DNA of 64,000 bases from a virus (lineage: Duplodnaviria; Heunggongvirae; Uroviricota; Caudoviricetes). The translations under genes and the position numbers were made by a program. Shown here piece after piece: positions 8,696 to 17,056 of this stretch (position 1 is the first letter of the stretch; each line of letters begins with the position of its first letter). The notes under the pieces were generated by a model that had not been told where the DNA came from, searched no databases, and worked only from the letters and a program-made list of their open reading frames with translations. Where the stretch lies: IMG/VR virus record IMGVR_UViG_3300024268_000001. One strand, given 5' to 3'.

Positions 8696-8739
8696 TCCCA
8701 CATATAAACAGCGAACTAACTTAAGAGGTAATCAGAACT

Positions 8740-9906
8740 TTACTGTCCGTTCACAAGACGAGTAAAGAAATCATCCTGGTCTTCAGCTTCTTCGAACGGA
8801 CCGTTAGATCCGAGCGGAGCGGAAGTTGCCGGTGCAGGAGTAGACGGAGCAGCCGCCGGCTTTGCACTAAACATCATACTGTCATCAGATTCGACTGTAA
8901 TGGCCGGTTCAGTCTTCTTGGTTTCAAGAACAGTACCGGTAAACATTTCGTCATCTTCAGTCTGAACCTTACTTGCAGGCTTTGCAGCCGGAGCGGAGCT
9001 GACTTCGATATTGTCGAGTTCAGAAGCGAGGTCGATACCGCACTTGCTATTGACACGTTCAATAACCTGCTGGAAGGTCCAAAGCTTTTCAACCTTACGC
9101 GGAAGGTTAGCCAAAGTATAAAGCTTGGATTCGATAACTGCAATTTCTTCAGCGGTCAAACCAATCTTCTTGTTGTACGGAGTACCATTGGCCATAACTG
9201 CAGGTTCAATACGGCAGATACGGATCGGCTTGGTGAAGTTGGAATTGGAATAATCCGGACCATTGGAACCCGGTTCAGCCTGCCAAACGAAGTTAGCACC
9301 CGGACGAGCCTGCTTGGAAATTACTTCAGGATCATTCGGTCCATAGTAGGAATACGGATTAATCGGCGGAATCGGTTCGCCAGTTTCATCATCGACTGCA
9401 TCGGTAGTATTGACGCACTTATCGATAAGATCCTTAATCTGCTTACCGTACTTGAAGCGGAATACCTGGCCCTGAGTTTCAGGAGCGTTTTCGTTTTCGA
9501 TAATCAAAATGTTACAGATGTACTGAGGACGAGCGGTAGCGAGCTTGTGCTTGGAATAGCCCTTGTCTTCGTTCTTGTACTTTTCATACATCTTCTGGTT
9601 GTATTCACAAACCGGGCAACGAAGAGACTTACCTTCTGCATCCTTGAACTGCTTGCGACACGGAACGGAATAAGACTTACCGTTGGTCTGCTTGAGCCAG
9701 TGATCGCGAGATTCTTCGACGAATGCTGTATCTTCGGCTTCTACAGGCGGGAGGAAGCGGAGGGTAATCTTGAACTTACCTTCCTTGTTGTACGTTGGCT
9801 TGAAAAGTCCCTCGATTTCGGTGAAGCTCTGCTTTTCACCTGTACCGAAATTATCGCTCTTCTGATATGACGCGATGAGACTATCAAGATTCTTTCTAAT
9901 TGGCAT
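8740..9906 (-). CDS. gp32: single-stranded DNA-binding protein (T4 gp32-like)
   Basis: LRFLPP, CPVCE, YICNILII, GQVFRFKYGKQI, acidic C-terminal tail. Confidence 0.9.
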   Translation of the reverse strand: MPIRKNLDSLIASYQKSDNFGTGEKQSFTEIEGLFKPTYNKEGKFKITLRFLPPVEAEDTAFVEESRDHWLKQTNGKSYSVPCRKQFKDAEGKSLRCPVCEYNQKMYEKYKNEDKGYSKHKLATARPQYICNILIIENENAPETQGQVFRFKYGKQIKDLIDKCVNTTDAVDDETGEPIPPINPYSYYGPNDPEVISKQARPGANFVWQAEPGSNGPDYSNSNFTKPIRICRIEPAVMANGTPYNKKIGLTAEEIAVIESKLYTLANLPRKVEKLWTFQQVIERVNSKCGIDLASELDNIEVSSAPAAKPASKVQTEDDEMFTGTVLETKKTEPAITVESDDSMMFSAKPAAAPSTPAPATSAPLGSNGPFEEAEDQDDFFTRLVNGQ

Positions 9907-10522
9907 TGTTTACCTCATTCTTAAATTTTAAAATCAATTTAGACACCGTTATAAATCTCTTATACTCAATGTCCTTGACCTTTTGAATATCGACTTCGAA
10001 CTTCTTGGCCTCAAGACCTTTGATGAAGAACACCGGGCTAATCTTATGTTCTTGACACAGATAGTAGGCGTTATTCTTGTATTCGTTATCTAATCCAAAT
10101 AGTGTAAAATGTTTATCTGAAAATTCATTAAGACCAGAATTCTTTTCTTTAACTAGATTGTTAATAAAGTTAGTCTGCTCTATAATTTCATTTCTGTTCG
10201 TAAATATAGCAAATTTTTGCAGGCATGATGCCCTGTTACAGTCCTTTAATTCTGGAAATTTCCCTTCTATTAAGGCTTTTATGAGAACTTCCATTGCCCA
10301 TGTCTGAATGGTCATGACACCGCAACGGAATTCGTTGGCCAGGTTAATAGCATAGTTGGACATGTACTGGACATGGTTATTGTCTGCTATGAATTCAGAG
10401 ATGAGGAGATCTTCCGTGTTGGTCTCGAGAAGATCACGCACTGTGGAAGTATTAAATCTCTTCATGCCCCAAATTTTCTTAAGACGCTTATAAAGCGAAT
10501 AAATTTGAAATTTATCGTACAT
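9896..10522 (-). CDS. putative helicase loader (gp59-like)
   Basis: 208 aa directly upstream of gp32 as in T4; IYSLYKRLK and AYYLCQEHKISPVFFI recall gp59 segments. Confidence 0.45.
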   Translation of the reverse strand: MYDKFQIYSLYKRLKKIWGMKRFNTSTVRDLLETNTEDLLISEFIADNNHVQYMSNYAINLANEFRCGVMTIQTWAMEVLIKALIEGKFPELKDCNRASCLQKFAIFTNRNEIIEQTNFINNLVKEKNSGLNEFSDKHFTLFGLDNEYKNNAYYLCQEHKISPVFFIKGLEAKKFEVDIQKVKDIEYKRFITVSKLILKFKNEVNNAN

Positions 10523-10920
10523 TAGCTAAAGAACTCGCTTAAGTCGTTTCTTTTATTAAGTTTATATTTTTCTTTAAGACCATTCATGAGAGAATAGTAA
10601 TTCATTTCGTCAAGACACTTGATGGCCGGAGTTGGTTCGAGCCAGTCATCTACGAGGAATCCAACACTATCAATAATCTTGATTTTGTTTTCCTTGTGGA
10701 GCTTATATAATATGTTGTTGAACTTATTATATTCGGCTGATTCGTTCTTGAGAACTTTATTAAGGAATTTCGGCAAACGGGTTTCTTCGTCTATATCGTC
10801 GAAATCAATTCCCTGAGTCTTAAAGAATTTATATAGCTGTTCCTTCGTTTCGAATACTTCTGTACCGTCGTTACACTCAAGCGAACCATCACATGCTTTG
10901 TATTCTATATCTTCATCCAT
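10522..10920 (-). CDS. putative late-transcription coactivator (gp33-like)
   Basis: Start moved to ATG 10920; 33-59-32 gene order; C-terminal DLSEFFS resembles the gp33 clamp-binding TLDFLL. Confidence 0.35.
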   Translation of the reverse strand: MDEDIEYKACDGSLECNDGTEVFETKEQLYKFFKTQGIDFDDIDEETRLPKFLNKVLKNESAEYNKFNNILYKLHKENKIKIIDSVGFLVDDWLEPTPAIKCLDEMNYYSLMNGLKEKYKLNKRNDLSEFFS

Positions 10921-10930
10921 AAAAACTCCA

Positions 10931-12283
10931 TTAAGTAAAATCGTTAAAGTCAACTTCATTAGTTGCAGATGTATCAGGTATTTCCGCGGCAGGTTCCATG
11001 ATGTCATGTGCCGTTGTCTGTTCACTGTAGCTGAGATCCTGAAGTCTTTGTTTTTCAATATCAACACCAATCGTTGTTACAGTAGGACCGTTAATACCAT
11101 AACGAGTCTTAACCAATGCAACCTTGTACATACCGCCAGCCTTTAATTCAGGCGGTTGCGTAATAGCGAAAATGGCGTCAGCCTTGGTAACCTGGTCGAA
11201 CGAACTTGCAACGTCATCAAGCCCGATCTCTGCGGAACCGTAACCGCCACGGTTTACCTGTGCACCAGTAAGTAACGGGAAGTGGTACGTAGTCGCAATA
11301 GCACGCATCTGCATAGCAACAAGCATGAGACGCGTATTGTCATTCATGTCCTTACCAGGTTTGCCGTTAGGAACCATACAACCGATATAGTCCACGATAA
11401 CGACTTCAGGTACGAACTTGTTCTTCTCCTTGAGTTCCTTGATGTATGCGTTAATCATCATAGGGTTGGTGGAGAATTCAGGGTAATGACGAATCATCAA
11501 CTTACCGTTCATGCAGCGCTGCTTCATCATATTGAATCGCTTCATGAACGCTTCCTTTGTCATTGTCTTAAGTTCTGTCTGCGTAAGATCCATTAAGTTC
11601 TGGGCGATACGCTGATAGATTTTAAGTTCGGAATCTTCCATCGTAATATAAAGGACTCGCTTGTTCATTAGCAACAGGCTTGCTGCTACTGAACAGAATG
11701 AAAGAGTCTTACCAACGTTGGTAGGTGCGAGAAAGATAGTCATTGAGTCTTCATGTAGACCGCCACCGATCATATCATCCATGGTCTTGACACCCATTGG
11801 ATAAATCTTTTCGTTGGCAACAATGCCTTCATAAAGGAAATTCGGATTCTCAAGGAAGTCAATACCTAAATTGGTATCGAATGAAAAAGACTCTGCTGTG
11901 GCCATGTCATCAGCAAAGCTTGTATTCTTTAAACCTGTCCTTGCGTATTCTTGAGCACCATCAGTGACAATCTTAACAAGGCGGCGTCTCACGAATTCTT
12001 CAATAACGTTAATGGTGAAATCGGTAGTTACCTGTTCGTCAGGGATCGCCATACAGGTTTCGAATTCCGCGACGCTTCGCGGATCTGTTAAGAGCATTTT
12101 CATCTCTATTGCATTGGGGCGTTCACCGTAATCACCGCGATACTTCATGATAGCGCGGGCAATATACTTATGGTCAGGATCGAAAAACCATGTATCGTTT
12201 AAAACCGGAATGACTTTAGATGCTATGCTTGGATTTGCATAAATTGCTTTAATAATTATCTGTTCAAATTCTCTATCTGTCAT
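10931..12283 (-). CDS. gp41: replicative DnaB-like helicase (T4 gp41)
   Basis: APTNVGKT, YITME, VIVDYIG, TGAQVNRGG, KTRYG. Confidence 0.95.
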   Translation of the reverse strand: MTDREFEQIIIKAIYANPSIASKVIPVLNDTWFFDPDHKYIARAIMKYRGDYGERPNAIEMKMLLTDPRSVAEFETCMAIPDEQVTTDFTINVIEEFVRRRLVKIVTDGAQEYARTGLKNTSFADDMATAESFSFDTNLGIDFLENPNFLYEGIVANEKIYPMGVKTMDDMIGGGLHEDSMTIFLAPTNVGKTLSFCSVAASLLLMNKRVLYITMEDSELKIYQRIAQNLMDLTQTELKTMTKEAFMKRFNMMKQRCMNGKLMIRHYPEFSTNPMMINAYIKELKEKNKFVPEVVIVDYIGCMVPNGKPGKDMNDNTRLMLVAMQMRAIATTYHFPLLTGAQVNRGGYGSAEIGLDDVASSFDQVTKADAIFAITQPPELKAGGMYKVALVKTRYGINGPTVTTIGVDIEKQRLQDLSYSEQTTAHDIMEPAAEIPDTSATNEVDFNDFT

Positions 12284-12300
12284 TGTAGAATTAAATATAG

Positions 12301-12327
12301 AAAAAGAGCATCGCGGTGATGCTCTTT
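12301..12327. terminator. hairpin fused to the TATATT box upstream of gp41
   Basis: AAAGAGCATC-GCGGT-GATGCTCTTT; on the minus strand followed by TTCTATATT. Confidence 0.6.
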
Positions 12328-12358
12328 ATATATAGAAAAATCTGAACTTTGGTAAATT

Positions 12359-13939
12359 TTAGAATGCACCGAAGGCAAGTTCCTTCCAGTTCGGAAGATT
12401 TGCATAACGGAATTTATAAACATTCTGGAAAAGTCGGAAGGAAATTCGCTGACCAGCAACGCGAGGATCCTTGAGGAAGGTATCGGAGCTGATGTAGTTG
12501 AAGACTTCCTGCTTGAGTTCAGGATTGGTAATGTCACGGCCACGGGTATCAAATACTTCAACATGCGGGAGCATTGTCTGAATTCGAAGGATCACGTCCT
12601 TAGCGAGCAAGTTGATGTCCACGCTTGCGCAACGGCCAATCACTGCACCACCCGGGTCACGGGCTGCAATTTCCTGCTTATCCAGGTTAGAGATGAAAAT
12701 GCATGCACCCTTGAACTGGAAGTAATTCGGAGTTCCAACCTTTCCCTTATGCTGTGCAGACCAAGCGGCAAGGCGTTCTTCGATTTCTTCATGAGTTTCA
12801 CAACCGAACGTATCAACCATGTCAGCACCCTTGGTGTTCCAGCTGATTTCACGAACCTTACCGGAATCAAGTGCGCCTTTAAGAATATTAATACCGTCTG
12901 CCGTATCGAATACAGAGTCACAGTCATCGAACACAACAATCTTGTCGTAATTGTCGTAGAGGAACTTGAACATAGCAGAGTTGCTTGTCTTACCCTTCAT
13001 GATAACGTAATCCTTACCCTTAGTACCATAGGCAGAAAGAATTCGGTTAACGTTATAAGACTTACCGACACCGCCCTGACCGGTAATCAATAAAGCCGGA
13101 GTAATACCACGGGCAACCATGACCACATAAGAATTAAGCTTTTCGAACACCGGGAACGGATCGGCAATAAGAGTCTGTGCTAGCTCGTCGTCATTCTTAA
13201 CTGCAGAAGGATCCGGAGCAACTTCTTCCTTGGAACCAGGGATTTCGACAGTATCGATAGTACCAGATTCTTCGGTTTCTTCACATTCTTCCGGATAGGA
13301 ATCCTGGAGTTCAGCGCGAGTTTCCTTGGTAGCGACAGCAGGAAGCTTGTCAGCTTTCTGTTTCTTAACCATGGAAGCGCAGGCTTTTTTGATGAACGCA
13401 AGATTCGGCTTGACACACTGATCAGCAATATAAGAGATTACGTCTTCGCTGTCCATGTCGAAGGAATATACGAGCTTACGGACAGCTTCGAGCAAATCAT
13501 ATTCTGCCGTACCATCCGGAAGGATAATAACCGTGCGACGGTCACTTGAGATGTGGCCGTTGACTTCTTCATCTACAGAATTATCCATCTTGTTGAGCAT
13601 CGGTAATATCCCGCTGATAGTTTTACGTTCACGTTTTACTCGGTTCGTAATAACCAGTTCTTTATCTGGTGTCTTATCGAAGCCGAATTTTTCCCACTTG
13701 CTGAATGAGAAAGGCTTTCCATCCTTGAAGTTCATTCGCAAGCCTGAAGTACCAGAGATAAACAGAGGGCCAATAAAAGTTCCGAACTTGTTACGGAATT
13801 TCTGGGTATCTACGTAGACATACGTTTTATCATTAGTCTTGTCGTAGAGATCCATGAAACTCTTCGCGAAAGCAATCGGTTCAATCGGTGTGTCTTTCTC
13901 TTTCGTAGCTTCAGTTAATAATATAGCAAATAGTCCCAT
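12359..13939 (-). CDS. AAA-family P-loop ATPase with N-terminal domain and acidic linker
   Basis: GQGGVGKS, VVFDDCDSVF, ILKGALDS, IFISN; ATG 13939 is better spaced from GAGG than TTG 13948. Confidence 0.8.
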   Translation of the reverse strand: MGLFAILLTEATKEKDTPIEPIAFAKSFMDLYDKTNDKTYVYVDTQKFRNKFGTFIGPLFISGTSGLRMNFKDGKPFSFSKWEKFGFDKTPDKELVITNRVKRERKTISGILPMLNKMDNSVDEEVNGHISSDRRTVIILPDGTAEYDLLEAVRKLVYSFDMDSEDVISYIADQCVKPNLAFIKKACASMVKKQKADKLPAVATKETRAELQDSYPEECEETEESGTIDTVEIPGSKEEVAPDPSAVKNDDELAQTLIADPFPVFEKLNSYVVMVARGITPALLITGQGGVGKSYNVNRILSAYGTKGKDYVIMKGKTSNSAMFKFLYDNYDKIVVFDDCDSVFDTADGINILKGALDSGKVREISWNTKGADMVDTFGCETHEEIEERLAAWSAQHKGKVGTPNYFQFKGACIFISNLDKQEIAARDPGGAVIGRCASVDINLLAKDVILRIQTMLPHVEVFDTRGRDITNPELKQEVFNYISSDTFLKDPRVAGQRISFRLFQNVYKFRYANLPNWKELAFGAF

Positions 13940-13952
13940 CTTTGTCAACCTC

Positions 13953-14474
13953 TTAAAAGTGCATTTTATGTATTTCCATATATTTCGTTATATACAGTCT
14001 TGCCATGCGCTTGATAAAATTCTGCATCTGCACACAGTTAATCCTGCTGTTACCGCAATAGTCCTTGGGGTTTTCTTTTATATATTCAAGGAAATCATCT
14101 GCGCCACGATCCTTAATCTGATTCAGGAATACGAGCCTGCATGCCGTGGTATTCGGCGTGGAAAAGATCTTTACCCTGCTGTAACGTACTGGATTGAACA
14201 ATGCATCGTATGTAATCTTGAACGCAGTATCTAAGTCATCGGCATAATCCTTTTTCCTTTTCTCTATATAAGAAGCCGGAGCAACACTGTCGCGCTGCTT
14301 CTTATCGTTGAATTCCTGAACAATGTCCGGGCGATGCCATTCGCACTTGCGGATAATCTCGTTATAGTACTCATAAGCCGGTAACGTGTTGTAATGTTCC
14401 GGGTCTATTTCGAGTTCGCTGTACATGCGATCGCCAAGTTTAGACTGTATAAAAGATACTAATTCGTCGTTCAT
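13953..14474 (-). CDS. hypothetical protein
   Basis: 173-aa ORF downstream of TATAAATA. Confidence 0.7.
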   Translation of the reverse strand: MNDELVSFIQSKLGDRMYSELEIDPEHYNTLPAYEYYNEIIRKCEWHRPDIVQEFNDKKQRDSVAPASYIEKRKKDYADDLDTAFKITYDALFNPVRYSRVKIFSTPNTTACRLVFLNQIKDRGADDFLEYIKENPKDYCGNSRINCVQMQNFIKRMARLYITKYMEIHKMHF

Positions 14475-14484
14475 AATGTTATTA

Positions 14485-14492
14485 TATTTATA
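14485..14492 (-). promoter_or_regulatory. T4-type late promoter TATAAATA
   Basis: Exact match right after the sigma-gene terminator, 10 nt before the ATG at 14474. Confidence 0.55.
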
Positions 14493-14496
14493 AAAT

Positions 14497-14520
14497 AAAA
14501 ACCCTCGGTGTTCCCGAGGG
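14497..14520 (-). terminator. intrinsic terminator after the sigma gene
   Basis: CCCTCGG stem plus T run. Confidence 0.7.
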
Positions 14521-14530
14521 CCGTTAAAAT

Positions 14531-15358
14531 CTACTCTAGCGGAAACTCGTCCCGCGGAATCTTCTTCTTCAATCGCCTCAACGCCTTGTTCTTTATCTGT
14601 CGCACTCTTTCCCTTGAATAACCCGTAAGATCGCCGACATCTCCCAATGTATAATCCTTACCGTTAGTGCCGAAGAATAAATTCAGAATATCATTTTCTT
14701 TTGTCGTTGTATTGGTCAGTACATACTGCTTGAGTAACTTGTTACGGTTGGTAACCAAATACTTCTGCTGTGCGTTGGACTTCTGGTCTGGTACAATATC
14801 ATTCAGCGTATGATCTGTTTCCATGTTCATCCCGTGTTCACGCATCGTCACCGGTGTTTCCAATGAAATCGGTTCGAACGTATTCTGGATAAGTTTCATC
14901 GTATCGAGTTCCGCCTTGTTCTTTACCAAGTCTTCAAGCGGTAACCCTGTCTCACGCATATTACGCTGGAGTTCGAAGTAACGGTACTGCTGGTTGGACG
15001 GGATATGAATGAGTCGGCTCTTGCCGATAATGAATGCCAGCATGCTTTGACGAATCCACCATACCGCGTATGAAATGAACCTGATGTTACGCGAGGCATC
15101 GTATGTATTGATTGCATGGTACATGCCGGCCATGCCTTCGTTAACAAGATCTGCAAGACTGTAGTTTTTGCCGGTATATTTCTTAGCACATGAGACAACG
15201 AATAATAAATGACTGTTAGCTATCTTCTTGACAGCTGCTTGTCTGACGAGTTTATCCTTTGTTGACTTGATAATCGAAAAACATGCCGCCTCTTCTTTAT
15301 CTGTCATATGGCGGGTGTTTCGAATATCTCTCATGAACTGTTCAAATAGATATTCCAT
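14531..15358 (-). CDS. RNA polymerase sigma factor, sigma70 family (RpoD-like regions 1.2, 2, 3 and 4)
   Basis: DLVNEG, RFISYAVWWIRQ, ISLETPV, YTLGDVG...SRERVRQIKNKALRRL. Confidence 0.93.
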   Translation of the reverse strand: MEYLFEQFMRDIRNTRHMTDKEEAACFSIIKSTKDKLVRQAAVKKIANSHLLFVVSCAKKYTGKNYSLADLVNEGMAGMYHAINTYDASRNIRFISYAVWWIRQSMLAFIIGKSRLIHIPSNQQYRYFELQRNMRETGLPLEDLVKNKAELDTMKLIQNTFEPISLETPVTMREHGMNMETDHTLNDIVPDQKSNAQQKYLVTNRNKLLKQYVLTNTTTKENDILNLFFGTNGKDYTLGDVGDLTGYSRERVRQIKNKALRRLKKKIPRDEFPLE

Positions 15359-15360
15359 AA

Positions 15361-15495
15361 TTATTTCTCCGGCTTTCGCTTCTGTCTTTTTACGTGAAGC
15401 TTATTACGGACAGGAAGAACACAGCTGGTTGTATGTGTCACAAACAGGTTAAATATTGTTTTGCTATGCTCTTCTGTCCATAAACTTTTAATCAT
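15361..15495 (-). CDS. small hypothetical protein (44 aa)
   Basis: ATG 7 nt after a consensus -10 box; stop abuts the sigma start. Confidence 0.4.
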   Translation of the reverse strand: MIKSLWTEEHSKTIFNLFVTHTTSCVLPVRNKLHVKRQKRKPEK

Positions 15496-15502
15496 ATTTT
15501 TC

Positions 15503-15531
15503 AATATAGCATACGTTTTTTGTTTTGTAAA
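15503..15531 (-). promoter_or_regulatory. promoter TTTACA-N17-TATATT upstream of the sigma gene
   Basis: Exact consensus and spacing. Confidence 0.8.
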
Positions 15532-15546
15532 CCCCTTTGGCCATAT

Positions 15547-15637
15547 AAAAAACCCCATGTGACCGAAATCACATGGGGCCAAACCAACTACTCATCGTAG
15601 CAAAGGAGTCGTAACAATATGGCAAACAATCACGACC
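15547..15637 (-). ncRNA. candidate small RNA (~90 nt, three hairpins)
   Basis: Own promoter (15643-15671) and terminator (CCCCATGTGA/TCACATGGGG plus T run); no meaningful ORF on this strand. Confidence 0.45.
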
Positions 15638-15642
15638 TTTAT

Positions 15643-15671
15643 AATATAGCAAATAATTTTTCTTTCGTAAA
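15643..15671 (-). promoter_or_regulatory. promoter TTTACG-N17-TATATT
   Basis: Consensus spacing; points into the 15547-15637 segment. Confidence 0.7.
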
Positions 15672-15690
15672 CCCCCCGGAGGCAAAAAAA

Positions 15691-16539
15691 TTATACTGCT
15701 ACAGGGAACTTAATAGCCGGATGACTCTGGTAATCTTTCAATTCGAAATCGGTATACTTCCAGTCCCAGATAGTCCAGTTAGGATCGTCCGTGTTAAGGA
15801 TCTCTACTGACGGAGGTGTCATAGGCTCGCGAGTCAACTGTTCCCTCACACCATCAAGCTGGTTGACATAGATGTGGGAATCCGCGAAGAAACCGATAAC
15901 CTTGCCAGGCTTCATCTTTACCTGCTTGCAGATCAACGTGAGCAACATGGCATAAGATGCCAGGTCATATGGAACTCCGAGAGGAAAATCAGAACTACGC
16001 TGATTCCAGAGCAAATCAACGTAACCGTCATTAGACAGTAACTGGAAACAGTAGTGACAAGGAGGCAATGCCATTTCACCTAACTGCTGTGGGTTCCAGG
16101 CGGAGACCAACATACGTCTATCGGTAGGATTGGTCTGTAACGTGTGAATCACATTCTTCAACTGGTTGATGCCTGAATCGTTGAAGTTGTTCCACTGGTA
16201 ACCGTAGATTTTACCCAGGTCGTTTTCAGCGGCCATCTTCTTTTTGGTTTCTTCATCATTACCGTAAGGAACCTTAGCCGGGTTGGCCCACTCGTCCCAG
16301 ATATGGCAGTTACGTTCCTTGAGGAATTCCTTATTGGCGATGCCCTTGATGAACATCTCCAGTTCGGCGCATATATTCTTCAGTCCCATTTTCTTCGTGG
16401 TTAACAAAGGGAACTTTCCTGTAGACATATCGAATTCAATCATTGAACCCGAGATTGACAAAGTGTCCACACCTGTACGGTTATGTTTAATCTTTCCTTC
16501 CTTAAGAATTCTATCAAGTATGTCAAGATACTGTTTCAT
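15691..16539 (-). CDS. thyA: thymidylate synthase-fold enzyme with Asp at the Asn177-equivalent position (possible dCMP methyltransferase)
   Basis: RTG, IWDEW, YGYQW, DRR, LPPCH, QRSSD, HIY all present; GVPYDLASY in place of the canonical GLPFNIASY. Confidence 0.92.
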   Translation of the reverse strand: MKQYLDILDRILKEGKIKHNRTGVDTLSISGSMIEFDMSTGKFPLLTTKKMGLKNICAELEMFIKGIANKEFLKERNCHIWDEWANPAKVPYGNDEETKKKMAAENDLGKIYGYQWNNFNDSGINQLKNVIHTLQTNPTDRRMLVSAWNPQQLGEMALPPCHYCFQLLSNDGYVDLLWNQRSSDFPLGVPYDLASYAMLLTLICKQVKMKPGKVIGFFADSHIYVNQLDGVREQLTREPMTPPSVEILNTDDPNWTIWDWKYTDFELKDYQSHPAIKFPVAV

Positions 16540-16540
16540 G

Positions 16541-17056
16541 TTATTTCTCCATATGCTTGATTAGTGCGTCAATGAATCTCTGCGCGATAACGTCATGTGA
16601 TGCGTAGTGATCGCCATCATTGACCTTAATCATAAGTTTGTTTAATTTCGATTCCTGGAACTTCTTGATGAAGTCCTCTTGTTCTTCCTGTCTACGGCTG
16701 AAGTCATGGGACTGACCGTCATCCTGCATGATATTGAAATCCGTAGTATAGAGAAGGATGAAGATCGTGTTATACAGTTCGTCCCTGTATGAATCTTCCA
16801 TGATGCGTACGTAGTTAGGACTGTAATCCCTGTAACGTGGCGCATAGATGAGTTCGTCCCAATGCCCGCGGTTAAATACCACGTTGTTCTGGTAAGCCAG
16901 CGTCATGAAGTAATCCAGGTACTGAGACTTGGACCAGATAAGAGGATCCTTATCCTTAGGAGGCTTGTCCAGATGAATCTGCTTATAGCCTTTCAATACG
17001 TTATCAATAAAGGTATTCTTTCCAATGCGGTCGATTCCAGTAACTACGAAATTCAT
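16541..17056 (-). CDS. P-loop nucleoside monophosphate kinase (thymidylate-kinase-like)
   Basis: GIDRIGKNT P-loop, VFNRGHWDELIY; stop codon 1 nt from the TS start. Confidence 0.75.
   Translation of the reverse strand: MNFVVTGIDRIGKNTFIDNVLKGYKQIHLDKPPKDKDPLIWSKSQYLDYFMTLAYQNNVVFNRGHWDELIYAPRYRDYSPNYVRIMEDSYRDELYNTIFILLYTTDFNIMQDDGQSHDFSRRQEEQEDFIKKFQESKLNKLMIKVNDGDHYASHDVIAQRFIDALIKHMEK

Noticed and set aside
15607-15617. 11-nt match AGTCGTAACAA to the conserved 16S rRNA 1492 region
   Set aside because: Too short to separate from chance, and there is no other rRNA-like sequence or structure around it.
15691-16539. Group I intron in the TS gene, as in T4 td
   Set aside because: The frame is continuous with all motifs at normal spacing.
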